DNA of 64,000 nt from Opitutales bacterium. Lineage in GTDB: Bacteria; Verrucomicrobiota; Verrucomicrobiia; Opitutales; JAFGAQ01. The stretch lies in assembly GCA_963676215.2 (NCBI GenBank), contig CAXXVT010000002.1:190784-254783 (forward strand), in the 5' to 3' direction. This document shows positions 19,805 to 29,749 of this stretch, one piece after another. Under the pieces are notes generated by a model. It saw only the letters and a list, made by a program, of their open reading frames with translations, was not told where the DNA came from and made no database searches. Made by a program: the position numbers and the translations under genes. The number at the start of each line of letters is the position of its first letter. The stretch's first letter is position 1.

Positions 19805-20099
19805 GTGTTGTTGGTTCCCAGGGATCTGATGATGGTTATGGTTTTAGCAACACCCGTGCCAACAGGTGTTTTTCTATCGTACAGACGGAATCAAGGACCC
19901 AAATGGGTATAAAAACCTGCCCTTGAGGGTAAATTAGCTTATTGATTGGCGAAAATCGCTAAATGCAACACCACTTTGACCTCGTTTTCGTCAGTTGCAG
20001 CCGTCATCGCAATTCGGGTTTACCAAGGGGTGGAGTGAATTGTGATTACTATTGGGAGATAGATGATGACGAAGGGGTATTGCGGGTTGTTCCTCCGTC

Positions 20100-20666
20100 T
20101 CAATCTCCTTGGAGTTTTCGAACGATCTTTTCTATTTGTTCGACGATTGCTTCGATAGATGGATTCAGATCGTTTGATTCGTCGGTGGGGATATTTTCGA
20201 ATCCAACTGAAATTTGCCTGATCTTTAGGTTTAAGAATTCACGTTTGTTGATTAAACGGTTTCGATCCTCTGTCTCCCAATAGTCACCCTCGTCTGTGAC
20301 CTGCAGGTTCGATAGGTAGTGCTTTTTCAAGTATCGCAACAATGCGATAATCCAAATGTGGGTATCGACGGATGTGAATTGTGTTTTTGTTGAAGAAGTG
20401 AAGGAACTCTCGGTTGTTTGCAATGGGTGCTCAAGTAGATCAGCGAAGCACCTTAGATTTCCGTCTCCATCAAAAAGAAAAGTGAGTGGTTCGCATTGGT
20501 TTGCAGGGGTAACGATGATGCCCGTGAGTTTCGATGCATTTTCGACAGCGCTGATACGAGTAAACTCCCACCTCATTGCCTTTGCGATATCTGTTAGTTC
20601 TTCGAGCAGATTGGAAATCCGTTCCAGATCATCGATCTTACCGCCGTAGTGAATACTAATACCCAT
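20100..20666 (-). CDS. Hypothetical protein
   Basis: A 188-aa ORF with ordinary composition, no recognisable motif and no signal peptide. Confidence 0.5.
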   Translation of the reverse strand: MGISIHYGGKIDDLERISNLLEELTDIAKAMRWEFTRISAVENASKLTGIIVTPANQCEPLTFLFDGDGNLRCFADLLEHPLQTTESSFTSSTKTQFTSVDTHIWIIALLRYLKKHYLSNLQVTDEGDYWETEDRNRLINKREFLNLKIRQISVGFENIPTDESNDLNPSIEAIVEQIEKIVRKLQGD

Positions 20667-20765
20667 AAATATAACCTGATAAGGAGAACGGTAAAATTCA
20701 AAAATAAAAATCTACTGAATCATTTATTAAGGATCAAAGAGGAAGACACGATCACGTCTTGCCCT

Positions 20766-21305
20766 TTATTCGGCTGAAATCACCTCGATCTCGACTTCTG
20801 CTAGGCCGTCTTCTACGAAGCCGAGTTTTGCGGCAGCAGCCCACGAAAGGTCAATGAGGCGATCGTCTACGAAAGGACCGCGGTCGTTGATACGTACCAC
20901 AATGGATTCACCTGTTTCGATGCGGGTGACTCTTGCGTAACAGGGGATGGGAAGTGATTTGTGAGCGGCGGTGAGGTGGTAGACGTCAAAAATTTCGCCG
21001 TTGGAAGTCGGTCGTCCGTGGAACTTCATGCCATACCAGGAGGCAATGCCTGTTTCGCGATAGCCGACTGCGGTATTTAGTAGGGTGTAACTAACGCCAT
21101 TCACCTCATAGGGTGACCGATTGCCGGCTCGAGTCGTTGCCACGGGTGTAGGTGTGGGTTCTTCTATCGTGGAGAGATCAAAGTCATCAGTGGGGGCGTA
21201 GTCTCCGGTTGGGCGATCCGCCGAGCAGCCTTGCAGGCATAAGAAGGCGATTAGTAAGAAATAAATCCGGCGAAAAAGCATAGGCTCGAGTAAAACTCGA
21301 GCCAT
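20766..21305 (-). CDS. rlpA: Septal ring lytic transglycosylase RlpA family lipoprotein (DPBB domain)
   Basis: Lipobox LCLQGCS. The DPBB core is ASWYGMKFHGRPTSNGEIFDVYHLTAAHKSLPIPCYARVTRIETGESIVVRINDRGPF. Confidence 0.85.
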   Translation of the reverse strand: MARVLLEPMLFRRIYFLLIAFLCLQGCSADRPTGDYAPTDDFDLSTIEEPTPTPVATTRAGNRSPYEVNGVSYTLLNTAVGYRETGIASWYGMKFHGRPTSNGEIFDVYHLTAAHKSLPIPCYARVTRIETGESIVVRINDRGPFVDDRLIDLSWAAAAKLGFVEDGLAEVEIEVISAE

Positions 21306-21310
21306 GGGTT

Positions 21311-21333
21311 GTGTTAAGTGTTAAGTGTTAAGT
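21311..21333. repeat. Heptanucleotide tandem repeat (GTGTTAA)x3.3
   Basis: Read directly: gtgttaa gtgttaa gtgttaa gt. It starts 6 nt upstream of the rlpA start codon (minus strand). Confidence 0.9.
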
Positions 21334-21431
21334 TTCGGAAATGAACAATAACGTGCACCAACCAGGTATTGAGACCTGGAATGATGACGAGGAGTTTGTT
21401 GCAGTCCACTTTGCTGTCCGAGGTTGTGGAT

Positions 21432-22499
21432 TTACCAATGCATAAGATCTTGAAGATAGGCGGTGAGCTCTTCTGCGTTGAGCTTCGCTTGAGCTTTGGA
21501 TGGGTGCCAATCCGCTCCATGTCCCAGGGAGCCTTGAGGGGTCATTTCAAAATGAAATACACGAGCGTTCGGGAGAGGTGCGTTTGCGCTTTCAACAATG
21601 CGTTGAAGGATTTCTTTTACGGAATCCGTGTTGAGCATGGGTCCTAGGAGGCACACGATTTTCGCCTCTTTGTATTGTTGAAGCAAGCGTTGCACGAACT
21701 CCAAATAAGCTTCTTCAAAGGCGGTTGTGTTCACGCCTGAAGTGCTGAAATCGTTGGTGCCCAGATTGATGCAGACTACATTCGGTTGAAAGTGCGAAAA
21801 ATCCCAGGGTTTGTCTGTATCGTGGAAAAAAGTGCGGTTGTAAAGGTAGGGTAGGTTTTCTTTGTTACCGTTGGCGGGTCCGTTGTAATTGCGCAGCATG
21901 CCAATGCCGGAGCGGGCGACAACGAGGTAATCCGCTTCGAGTGCATGTGCAGTGTGCCAGGCATAAGTATAGCAGAAATTTTCGGTCGCTGGTTCCCAAT
22001 GAAGATTAGGGTCGTTTGCTTCGATCCCATAACCGCAAGTGATAGAGTCGCCGATGAATTCAATTTTTCGGGATTTGGCGGAGACTAAAGGAAGAAGTTT
22101 GCCGTTTTCCGGCAACACTAAGTCTGCGATTTCGATATTTCCCTCGTATCCCTCGGTTGCTTTTACCAGTTCCAGTTTGTGAACCCCTGGACCCAAGTCA
22201 GCTGCAACTGTATAGCTCGAGAATTCGGGACCGACTTCGATTTTCTGGGACAGTTTTCCGTCCAGAACGACCGACAACCAATTGGGATTTCTAGTCGACC
22301 GCATTTTAACTTCAATCGAACTTCCCACAAAATTGAAATACAGGCGGCACCCGGAGTAGCCTAACTGCGCGTAGCCTTCCTCAGAAAAAGCGATGCGACC
22401 GCTATAGTTTAGATCTTTATGACTGGGCTCTATAGTGGAGCCAAACAGTCCAAACGTGAGTAGAAACGACAGAAGTAGGGAACGAGAGATCAATTTCAT
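21432..22499 (-). CDS. Secreted SGNH/GDSL hydrolase with N-terminal beta-sandwich (carbohydrate esterase family 2-like)
   Basis: It has a signal peptide, block I IEFIGDSITCGYG, NLGTNDF, and the C-terminal GADWHPS (the D-x-x-H catalytic pair). Confidence 0.75.
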   Translation of the reverse strand: MKLISRSLLLSFLLTFGLFGSTIEPSHKDLNYSGRIAFSEEGYAQLGYSGCRLYFNFVGSSIEVKMRSTRNPNWLSVVLDGKLSQKIEVGPEFSSYTVAADLGPGVHKLELVKATEGYEGNIEIADLVLPENGKLLPLVSAKSRKIEFIGDSITCGYGIEANDPNLHWEPATENFCYTYAWHTAHALEADYLVVARSGIGMLRNYNGPANGNKENLPYLYNRTFFHDTDKPWDFSHFQPNVVCINLGTNDFSTSGVNTTAFEEAYLEFVQRLLQQYKEAKIVCLLGPMLNTDSVKEILQRIVESANAPLPNARVFHFEMTPQGSLGHGADWHPSKAQAKLNAEELTAYLQDLMHW

Positions 22500-22596
22500 T
22501 TTTGTATGCTTTTAACTGGTGAAAGTATACAAAAAGTCGCTTTGACTCAATGTCCTTGTTACCTCCCTTGAGTAATCGTAGGACTCTATCTGGGAT

Positions 22597-22776
22597 TTAC
22601 TGCAATGTCATGCGTTCTGCTAGTGCAGATCCGAGAAAGTAAGGCCAAACGAGTAGTGCAAGAACCGCTTTCCAAAACGTAACTTTAATAAAACCGATAG
22701 TGAAGAGCCATCCGATAGCCCATACTGGCGCGCCGCAGCATACTCCCTTATTTCCACAGTTATTTTTGTCAGACAT
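22597..22776 (-). CDS. Small Cys-rich membrane protein (59 aa, below the ORF-track cutoff)
   Basis: My translation is MSDKNNCGNKGVCCGAPVWAIGWLFTIGFIKVTFWKAVLALLVWPYFLGSALAERMTLQ*. It has two predicted TM helices after an N-terminal C-x5-CC motif. It fills an otherwise empty gap on the same strand as its neighbours. Confidence 0.45.
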   Translation of the reverse strand: MSDKNNCGNKGVCCGAPVWAIGWLFTIGFIKVTFWKAVLALLVWPYFLGSALAERMTLQ

Positions 22777-23064
22777 GATGATATTCTTTTGGGGGTTGAT
22801 TGAATGATTGTTGATGTTGTCTGGTTTATAGACGGTGCAGATTCACCAATTGTTACCGATTTCGTTCACTTTTGAGAGAGTTTAAGGAAATGAACGTGAT
22901 TTTTCCGTCTGTAATCTGTCGTAAATCCAATCAATCCGTCCATGAGCAAAGTTGAGCCGCAGTGCTTTGGCCATTGGACGTATGAGCCGGCCTTGCATCG
23001 CCATTTTTGAGCCCTGAAATATTCTCTTAAGTTCTTTGCAGCCGCTGGAATTTTAACCTGAAGC

Positions 23065-24456
23065 TTACCCGCCAAATCCCTTGGGAAGGCCGCCACCTCC
23101 GCCGGGTAGACCTGGCATGCCTCCGCCGCCTCCCTGTCCCTGCATGGCTTGCATCTGTTTCATCATTTTCCGGCCTTTTGCGCCCTGCATTTTTTTCATC
23201 ATCTTGTTCATCTGATTCTGCTGTTTGATGAGCTGATTGACGTCCTTGACTAAGACGCCGGAACCATTGGCGATGCGCATGCGGCGACTGCCGTTAATGA
23301 TGGAGGGATTTTGTCGTTCCCGAGGTGTCATTGAAAGGATGATAGCTTCGGTGCGATCCATCTTTTTTGTTTCTGCGTCACCTATTTCAACATTGTTCAT
23401 GCCCGGAAGCATGTTCATTACAGAACCGATGGAGCCCATTTTTTTCACCTGACGGAATTGCTTGAGCATGTCTTCGAAGTTGAAGTTGGCCTTCCGCATT
23501 TTTTCAGCCAGATCTTCTGCATCTTTTTCATCAATCGTGTCCTGGGCACGTTCTACCAGGGAGACAACATCGCCCATGCCAAGGATGCGCGATGCGATCC
23601 TATCGGGATGGAATACTTCAAAGTCATCTACTTTTTCGCCTGTTCCGATAAATTTGATCGGAAGGTCGGCAATGGATTTCATTGAAAGAGCTGCCCCTCC
23701 GCGAGCATCTCCATCCATTTTTGTGAGCACGAGGCCGGTGAGGCCAACGGCTGTATTAAACTCTTTAGCGACGTTTACCGCTTCTTGCCCCATCGCGCTG
23801 TCCGCCACCAACAGGATTTCATCGGGGTTAACCGTTTTTTTCAGGTTCTTGAGCTCGTCGATGAGTTTTTCATCAATCTGCAGGCGACCAGCAGTGTCAA
23901 ATATGATGAGATTGGCTCCACGTTTGAGCAGATCTGCATGCCCCTTTTTCGCAATGGAAGGCACATTCTTGTTTTTGCGGTCTGCAAAGAACTGAAAATC
24001 GTTTTGATTGGCGAGAGTTTCCAATTGATCGATTGCTGCCGGGCGATAAATATCACAAGCAACAAGACCTGGCTTATAATCTTTCTTTACTAGGAGTTTT
24101 GAAAGCTTGGCAGCGGCGGTTGTTTTACCGGCACCCTGGAGCCCCACAAGCATAACCTTGAGTGGTTTTTTCTCGTTAAGTTCAGTGGTTCCCTCTCCGA
24201 GAAGTTTAACGAGCTCGTCGTTGATGATCTTGACGACCTGCTGCCCTGGGGAGACGGTTTTTAGCACCTCCTGGCCAACACAAAGCTCTTTTACATTGTC
24301 AATGAATTCTCTTGCGACCTTAAAATGAACATCGGCGGAAAGCAGCGCTGTGCGCACTTCCTTCAGAGCATCTGCCATGTTATCTTCGGTCAGCTTGTCG
24401 ACACCACGCAGCGATCGAAGGGCTGCGTTCATCTTATCTGTTAATGTTTCGAGCAT
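23065..24456 (-). CDS. ffh: Signal recognition particle protein Ffh
   Basis: [18 protein letters not shown]..., the GTPase motifs [19 protein letters not shown] and [10 protein letters not shown], and a Met-rich M domain. The start is set at the internal ATG comp(24454..24456), which gives the canonical N-terminus. Confidence 0.95.
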   Translation of the reverse strand: MLETLTDKMNAALRSLRGVDKLTEDNMADALKEVRTALLSADVHFKVAREFIDNVKELCVGQEVLKTVSPGQQVVKIINDELVKLLGEGTTELNEKKPLKVMLVGLQGAGKTTAAAKLSKLLVKKDYKPGLVACDIYRPAAIDQLETLANQNDFQFFADRKNKNVPSIAKKGHADLLKRGANLIIFDTAGRLQIDEKLIDELKNLKKTVNPDEILLVADSAMGQEAVNVAKEFNTAVGLTGLVLTKMDGDARGGAALSMKSIADLPIKFIGTGEKVDDFEVFHPDRIASRILGMGDVVSLVERAQDTIDEKDAEDLAEKMRKANFNFEDMLKQFRQVKKMGSIGSVMNMLPGMNNVEIGDAETKKMDRTEAIILSMTPRERQNPSIINGSRRMRIANGSGVLVKDVNQLIKQQNQMNKMMKKMQGAKGRKMMKQMQAMQGQGGGGGMPGLPGGGGGLPKGFGG

Positions 24457-24569
24457 AGGTGAATATTCAAAGGCTAATGAGCTACAAGAATGGTTTTCTC
24501 GCAAGAATTGCCACTGATAGCAATAAGAGTTTTTCCGAAAATAGAGCTAATGTTAAAGGATGTAGAGCA

Positions 24570-25109
24570 TCAATTCAGGTGGTCGAGATACACCCGTGTT
24601 ACCTTTTCAACCACCTCATGGATGCTGTAGCCGTCGGTCATTATTCCGATACCGGCTTCTTTGTAGATGGGTTCTCTTTGGCCCAACAATTCTTCGATTT
24701 TTTGTCGTGGATCTGCCACTTTCATCAAGGGGCGATGAGAGTCGTGTGCGATTCTACTGTAAATGGTGTCCACACTGGCGTAGAGGACTACTACGATCCC
24801 GACCTTTTTGATCTGAGTAAGAAGCTCAGGATTTGTAACAAGGCCTCCTCCGCAGGAAATGACCGCTCCACCTTTGGGTTGATCCTGCTCGATAAATTTC
24901 CGCTCTAACTCGCGGAAATGAGCTTCGCCGAAGTTTTCGAAAATTTTCGGGATCGACATTGCTTCTGACTCTTCAATGAAATGATCGGAGTCTAGAAAGG
25001 GCATTTTTAGATACTGTGCGACTTTACTGCCAATCACACTTTTTCCAGTCCCCATAAAGCCGACCATGTAAAGATTGGGAGCATTTGCTGGAATTTGTGG
25101 AGCGTTCAT
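24570..25109 (-). CDS. aroK: Shikimate kinase
   Basis: P-loop GFMGTGKSVIG, then LKMPFLDSDHFIE and ISCGGG: the typical AroK layout and size. Confidence 0.9.
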   Translation of the reverse strand: MNAPQIPANAPNLYMVGFMGTGKSVIGSKVAQYLKMPFLDSDHFIEESEAMSIPKIFENFGEAHFRELERKFIEQDQPKGGAVISCGGGLVTNPELLTQIKKVGIVVVLYASVDTIYSRIAHDSHRPLMKVADPRQKIEELLGQREPIYKEAGIGIMTDGYSIHEVVEKVTRVYLDHLN

Positions 25110-25337
25110 AAACGATGGAATTGTGTTTATTTTTAATGGTCATTGAAATGTCGAATTCCGTTCTTTAAGGAATTACGAATTCGTGCAATCGAGGCAAGCA
25201 TAGTAACTGAATATGGGGAGCGGGGGTGTTTTTTGTGCCCATTCTTGGTATCGTTTTCAGGTTTTGACGGTGGAATTAAAGGTTCGTCGTGAAAATCGAT
25301 GTTGCCGTGAAAGCCATCACCGTTCATTTTCTAAAGT

Positions 25338-25781
25338 ATGCAAAACGATGCTGTAGAAGTATTCGTGAAAGTGCCGGTTCAGCACACCAGTGGTTACGCA
25401 CTCTTCATCGGAAATGACGAAAAGACTATCATCATCTATGTCGATGCGAGTACCGGTGATGCAATCCGCATGATCCAAAATGGTATTAAAAAGGAGCGTC
25501 CTCTGACCCATGATCTTATGGGATTTGTGATGCAGGGATTTGGTATCGAAGTGAAACGCGTGGTGATCAATGATGTGGTTGAGAGCACCTTTTTTGCGCG
25601 TCTCACTTTAGAGATGCAAAACGAACTTGGCACCAAAATTGTTGAAATTGATGCGCGTCCGAGTGATTCCATCACGCTGGCGTTGATGAGCGGAAAACCG
25701 ATTTTTATGTCCCGAAAGGTCCTCGACAGTGTCGAAGATATGACTGAAATTATGGAAAAAATAATCAAGCAACAAGGCTGA
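25338..25781 (+). CDS. Bifunctional nuclease (BFN/DUF151) family protein
   Basis: YALFIGNDEKTIIIYVDASTGDAIRMIQNGIKKERPLTHDLM and EIDARPSDSITLAL match the conserved BFN-domain blocks. Confidence 0.8.
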   Translation: MQNDAVEVFVKVPVQHTSGYALFIGNDEKTIIIYVDASTGDAIRMIQNGIKKERPLTHDLMGFVMQGFGIEVKRVVINDVVESTFFARLTLEMQNELGTKIVEIDARPSDSITLALMSGKPIFMSRKVLDSVEDMTEIMEKIIKQQG

Positions 25782-25811
25782 TGGGCGTTGATTTTTTCTA
25801 GGGTATTCTAC

Positions 25812-26762
25812 TCACTGAGTGCAGAATTCCTTTGGAATTGGGATTTCGAGTTGGATCGATGTTCCCTCATTTAACTTCGATGAAAGCCTCATTGTTCCAT
25901 CGTATTTTGAGCAAAGCTGAAGCGTTTTTGTGAGTCCGTATCCACCTCCAAAGGATTCGATATCCTTCACATTGCTGGCACGATACCCAAATTCAACGAC
26001 TTTGCTCAATTCGTTTTCAGGAATTCCCTTCCCTTGATCTAAGATTGTGAAAGTGAAAATTCCATCTTTCTCCTCAATATTAGCGTCAATCATCGTCCCA
26101 ATAGGGGAGTATTTTCGCGCATTTGCCATTAGGTCCTGAATGGTTGAAACAAAACTCGTGGGAATGAGTAGGGACTGGTCAAAAGAATCACTGTTGTTAC
26201 AGTTGAGCCGAATAGAGTAGGTTGTTGGAGCAGGTGTTTGATTGTGAGTCGCGTCGTTGAATACGATTCTGTATCGACCTTTGGCATTTCTCTCCATGGC
26301 CTGGAAGAAATACTTCAACCGAACAACAATATCAGAGAATTGGACCTTCATCCACGAGTCTGGATGTTTCAAGATGTTGTCCAACTCGGAAATCTGCATT
26401 TCCAACAGAAATTGAAGATCCCTTAATTGAGATAATGGCCCTTCTTCAATGCCTTGAATCTTGGCATCGACAAAGAAAATTTTGAGCGATTTTTGAAGTG
26501 GGCGACAAAGGTCCAGAATCACTGAATAGTGAGAGTCCTTTCGGATCGATTCCCGGATAGATGGGATGTCCTTCTTTGTGATATTTCGGGAATGTTCTGT
26601 CGATGGATTGTCAATTTCCCAATACTGAACGACCAACCCGATAATACTAATCAGGTTAACCAGCGAGTGGTTCTCAACAATAGAATCGTTGGGGATGATG
26701 ATTTTATGATCATTCCCAAATGAGATGCTCGTCCAGTCTTCAGGTGGGTAAGTATTTGACAT
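25812..26762 (-). CDS. Soluble histidine-kinase-like ATPase (HATPase_c) protein
   Basis: N box DLMANARKYS, G1 LDQGKGI, G2 GGGYGLT. There is no TM segment or clear H-box, and no response regulator nearby. Confidence 0.7.
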   Translation of the reverse strand: MSNTYPPEDWTSISFGNDHKIIIPNDSIVENHSLVNLISIIGLVVQYWEIDNPSTEHSRNITKKDIPSIRESIRKDSHYSVILDLCRPLQKSLKIFFVDAKIQGIEEGPLSQLRDLQFLLEMQISELDNILKHPDSWMKVQFSDIVVRLKYFFQAMERNAKGRYRIVFNDATHNQTPAPTTYSIRLNCNNSDSFDQSLLIPTSFVSTIQDLMANARKYSPIGTMIDANIEEKDGIFTFTILDQGKGIPENELSKVVEFGYRASNVKDIESFGGGYGLTKTLQLCSKYDGTMRLSSKLNEGTSIQLEIPIPKEFCTQ

Positions 26763-26912
26763 GCGGATGTGATGATTGAGATACCCGAGTAAGAAGTGTT
26801 TTGTTATCGGCAGATTTTACCATTAGTTTCGTAAATACTTCCTTTATCTCTTGGATACAGTGTTGTTACAATGATTGCTAATTCAAGTATGAACCCTTAT
26901 TAAAGTTCTGAT

Positions 26913-27551
26913 ATGTATACTGGTATTGTTCAGGGAAAATTTCCCATTTCGAAAGTTATCAAGAAGCCGGGATTGCACTCCTTATTTATCGAACTTCCGG
27001 ATCAACTGCTTCAAGACCTCGAGCGAGGAGCGAGCGTGGCAATGGATGGCGTTTGCCTGACCGTCGCTGGCATGGATGGTAGAATGATACAGTTTGACGT
27101 GATGCAGGAAACGCTGAGTTTGACAACTTTGGGAGGCCTAGAGGCTGGAGCACTTGTTAATGTAGAACGATCTGCCAAAGCGGGTGCCGAGATCGGTGGA
27201 CACATGATTTCAGGCCATATTGATGCCAAGGCAACGGTCGTGGGCATCCAGCAACCTGAGAACAATTTCGTGTTACGATTTTCTGTGGATAAGAAGTGGA
27301 TGCGCTACATCTTTTCCAAGGGCTTTTTATCGATCAACGGTTGCAGTCTCACTGTAGTTAATGCGGATAAAAAGGCGGGAGAATTTGAAGTATGGCTGAT
27401 TCCCGAAACCCTTGAATTAACTACCTTTGGAGAAAAACGGGTTGGTGATGAAATCAACATCGAAGTTGAACGACAGACTCAGGTCATTGTTGATACGATT
27501 ACCGATTTGTTGACGGATCCGGATTTCCGGAGAGAGCAAGGGATATCGTAG
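26913..27551 (+). CDS. ribE: Riboflavin synthase (alpha chain)
   Basis: The N-terminal MYTGIVQG..., the internal duplication (GASVAMDGVCLTV / GFLSINGCSLTV) and GGHMISGHID are all canonical. Confidence 0.9.
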   Translation: MYTGIVQGKFPISKVIKKPGLHSLFIELPDQLLQDLERGASVAMDGVCLTVAGMDGRMIQFDVMQETLSLTTLGGLEAGALVNVERSAKAGAEIGGHMISGHIDAKATVVGIQQPENNFVLRFSVDKKWMRYIFSKGFLSINGCSLTVVNADKKAGEFEVWLIPETLELTTFGEKRVGDEINIEVERQTQVIVDTITDLLTDPDFRREQGIS

Positions 27552-27579
27552 TTTATACCACTGAATCAGCGCTATCTTG

Positions 27580-29637
27580 ATGGACCCAGCTCTTAAAAAA
27601 GCGATTGAACTCCAGCGAAAGGGAGAGTTGAAGGGTGCAATTGAGATCCTTCAAAATTCCGCAAATAGGGGCAGTCGGATTCCTCAGGTTTATTACTTTC
27701 TCTCTGTTCTTCTTGAAGCAACCGGGGAGTTTGAACCCGCTTTAGATGCCATTGAAAAGGCTGTTGAACTTGCTCCGAAGGAAGCAGACTTCTGGTTTTC
27801 AAAAGGAACGATTTCAGAGAACGCTCAGCGGTACCAACTTGCCTCGCAGGCTTATAAGAAGTGTCTTCACGTAAATCCGGGACATGTTCACGCGCTGGTT
27901 AATCTTTCCCTGCTTTATCAGCGGGAAAGACAGTTGGAAACTTCGCTTGAATATGCGAAACGGGCATTGAAAGCAGGTCCAACTGAAAAAAAGGCGTGGC
28001 TGGCTACTATTGGAACGTTAGGATTTCTCAGACAATTTGACGAAGGGATCCAAGTGTGTCAGCAGGCACAGGAGATTTTCAGGGAAGATCCTGAGATTCT
28101 GCACATGACCGGAAATATATTGCTCGCTTCTGGTTGGAGTGATGATGCGCTTCAATTGTATGAACGTGCGTTACAAAAGGCACCCGATTCCGTTCCAATT
28201 CTGGTTTCGATGGGAGATTTTCAGGCACAATACCGGAACGGCCGTGATGCGATCCCTTACCTGGAGAAAGCTCTCTCATTGCAGCCTAATTCATTGGATG
28301 CGATGCATCGCAGGGGAATTGCCTATTTGAACGCTGGATTCCCAGCAGATGCTGTTCGGGATCTTCTGGAAGTGGTGCAAAAGGATCCCCAGAAAAGAGA
28401 TGCGTTTGATGGATTGCTTCTCGCTGCGCAATACCTTGAAGATGCGGAAGAAGAAGAAATTTTTAACCTTCATCTTCAATGGTCGAAACAGTTTGAGGAA
28501 ACGTGTGAAACCCCATCGTCTGATAGGGAGAATTCCATGCCAAAGCCAAGCTCGGGACAGCTTCGAATCGGATTGCTGTCTCCCGATTTCCGGAACCATT
28601 CGGTCGCTCGATTTATTACTCCATTATTAAGGAGAACTGAGGGGAGCGGATGCCAACTCATTTGTTACAGTGATGTGAAGCAGAAGAATACTTTCACAGA
28701 AGAACTTGAATCGATCGGATCAGTGGAGTGGATTTACAGTTATACCCTCACAGATGAAGCCCTTCACCAAAAGATCCAATCTGACAAGATCGATGTTTTG
28801 GTGGATCTCTCCGGACATACGGGAAATAACCGACTTCCGGTTTTTGCCAAAAAGCCCTCGCCCATTCAGGTCTCCTGGTTGGGTTATCCCAATACGACGG
28901 GGCTGTCATCAATTGATTATCGATTAAGCGACGAGATTGCGGACCCATCTGGTCAGAGTGACGCACTTTCCTCAGAAAAAATAATCCGATTGGCTGGAGG
29001 CTTTCATTGTTTCGAGCCACCTATTGATCTTCCTGACGTAGGAGATACACCTGCTTTGAAAAATGGATATGTGACATTTGGGAGTTTTAATAATCAGTCG
29101 AAAATCAATCAACTCACACTCCAGCGTTGGGCTAGCATTCTAGATGCTATTCCTCAATCGAGATTACTTCTGAAAAACCAGCAGTTGCGTGATGCGCGCA
29201 ATAAGGAGCATTGGCTACGCGCAATGGAGTCTTTGGGAATTTCGCCCTCCCGAGTGGAAATGGTCGGGTATACGGAAAGCCTGGAAGAGCATTATCTAAC
29301 TTATCATCGTGTGGATATTGCGTTGGATACGTTTCCATATAACGGAACCACTACCACATGCGAGGCCTTGTGGATGGGGGTCCCAGTATTGACTATTCCA
29401 GGCAATAGTCAGCGATCAAGAACTGCGGCAAGCCTTTTAACCCATGCTGGCTTGGCCGATTGGGTGGCTACGGATGAGACCATGTTTGTGGCGAAAGCAA
29501 CGATCAATGCTTCGAACTTGGAGTTTCTGAATCAACTTCGGAAATCGTTACGAAAAAAAGTGATGACTTCATCAATCGGGGATGGACCAGCATTTGCAAA
29601 AAAGTTTTTTGATACACTGAAGATGCTGGCCTTCTAA
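27580..29637 (+). CDS. TPR-repeat protein with C-terminal O-GlcNAc-transferase-like (SPINDLY/GT41-like) domain, copy 1
   Basis: The N-terminal ~300 aa are TPR repeats. The C-terminal blocks RIGLLSPDFRNHSV..., DLSGHTGNNRL, VSWLGYPNTTG and DTFPYNGTTTTCEALWMGVPVLT are typical of COG3914-type transferases. Confidence 0.8.
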   Translation: MDPALKKAIELQRKGELKGAIEILQNSANRGSRIPQVYYFLSVLLEATGEFEPALDAIEKAVELAPKEADFWFSKGTISENAQRYQLASQAYKKCLHVNPGHVHALVNLSLLYQRERQLETSLEYAKRALKAGPTEKKAWLATIGTLGFLRQFDEGIQVCQQAQEIFREDPEILHMTGNILLASGWSDDALQLYERALQKAPDSVPILVSMGDFQAQYRNGRDAIPYLEKALSLQPNSLDAMHRRGIAYLNAGFPADAVRDLLEVVQKDPQKRDAFDGLLLAAQYLEDAEEEEIFNLHLQWSKQFEETCETPSSDRENSMPKPSSGQLRIGLLSPDFRNHSVARFITPLLRRTEGSGCQLICYSDVKQKNTFTEELESIGSVEWIYSYTLTDEALHQKIQSDKIDVLVDLSGHTGNNRLPVFAKKPSPIQVSWLGYPNTTGLSSIDYRLSDEIADPSGQSDALSSEKIIRLAGGFHCFEPPIDLPDVGDTPALKNGYVTFGSFNNQSKINQLTLQRWASILDAIPQSRLLLKNQQLRDARNKEHWLRAMESLGISPSRVEMVGYTESLEEHYLTYHRVDIALDTFPYNGTTTTCEALWMGVPVLTIPGNSQRSRTAASLLTHAGLADWVATDETMFVAKATINASNLEFLNQLRKSLRKKVMTSSIGDGPAFAKKFFDTLKMLAF

Positions 29638-29693
29638 TAGTGGAATAGATCATGGTCGCAGATTTTTCGAAACCCTCGAGCGATCGAAAGAAC

Positions 29694-29723
29694 AAAAAGG
29701 CCGAGAATTCCTCTCGGCCTTTT
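29694..29723. terminator. Bidirectional rho-independent terminator
   Basis: aaaaaGGCCGAGA-attcc-TCTCGGCCtttt lies between the convergent genes ending at 29637 (+) and 29750 (-). Confidence 0.75.
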
Positions 29724-29749
29724 ATGGTTAAATGTGTGACCGTTGGCGA

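Noticed and set aside
22866-23096. 76-aa minus-strand ORF overlapping the 3' end of ffh
   Set aside because: It overlaps the ffh stop region by 32 nt, its basic/Trp/Cys-rich sequence matches no family, and it is not rpsP (often found after ffh). I treat 22777..23064 as non-coding. I looked for SRP-RNA-like conserved segments there and saw none.
23065-23130. Gly-rich C-terminal tail of Ffh ([25 protein letters not shown])
   Set aside because: Gly/Met/Pro-rich tails after the M domain are common in bacterial Ffh proteins, so this is not unusual.
23462-23995. 177-aa plus-strand ORF, plus several 70-100-aa ORFs, inside the ffh locus
   Set aside because: They are antisense to the canonical Ffh and have low-complexity Ser/Arg-rich translations. 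They are shadow ORFs.
24459-24908. 149-aa plus-strand ORF over aroK
   Set aside because: It is antisense to the canonical shikimate kinase and overlaps the ffh start region.
26763-26912. Possible FMN riboswitch upstream of ribE
   Set aside because: I read the 150-nt leader on the plus strand. None of the conserved FMN-element segments are present, nor are the paired helices expected for them.
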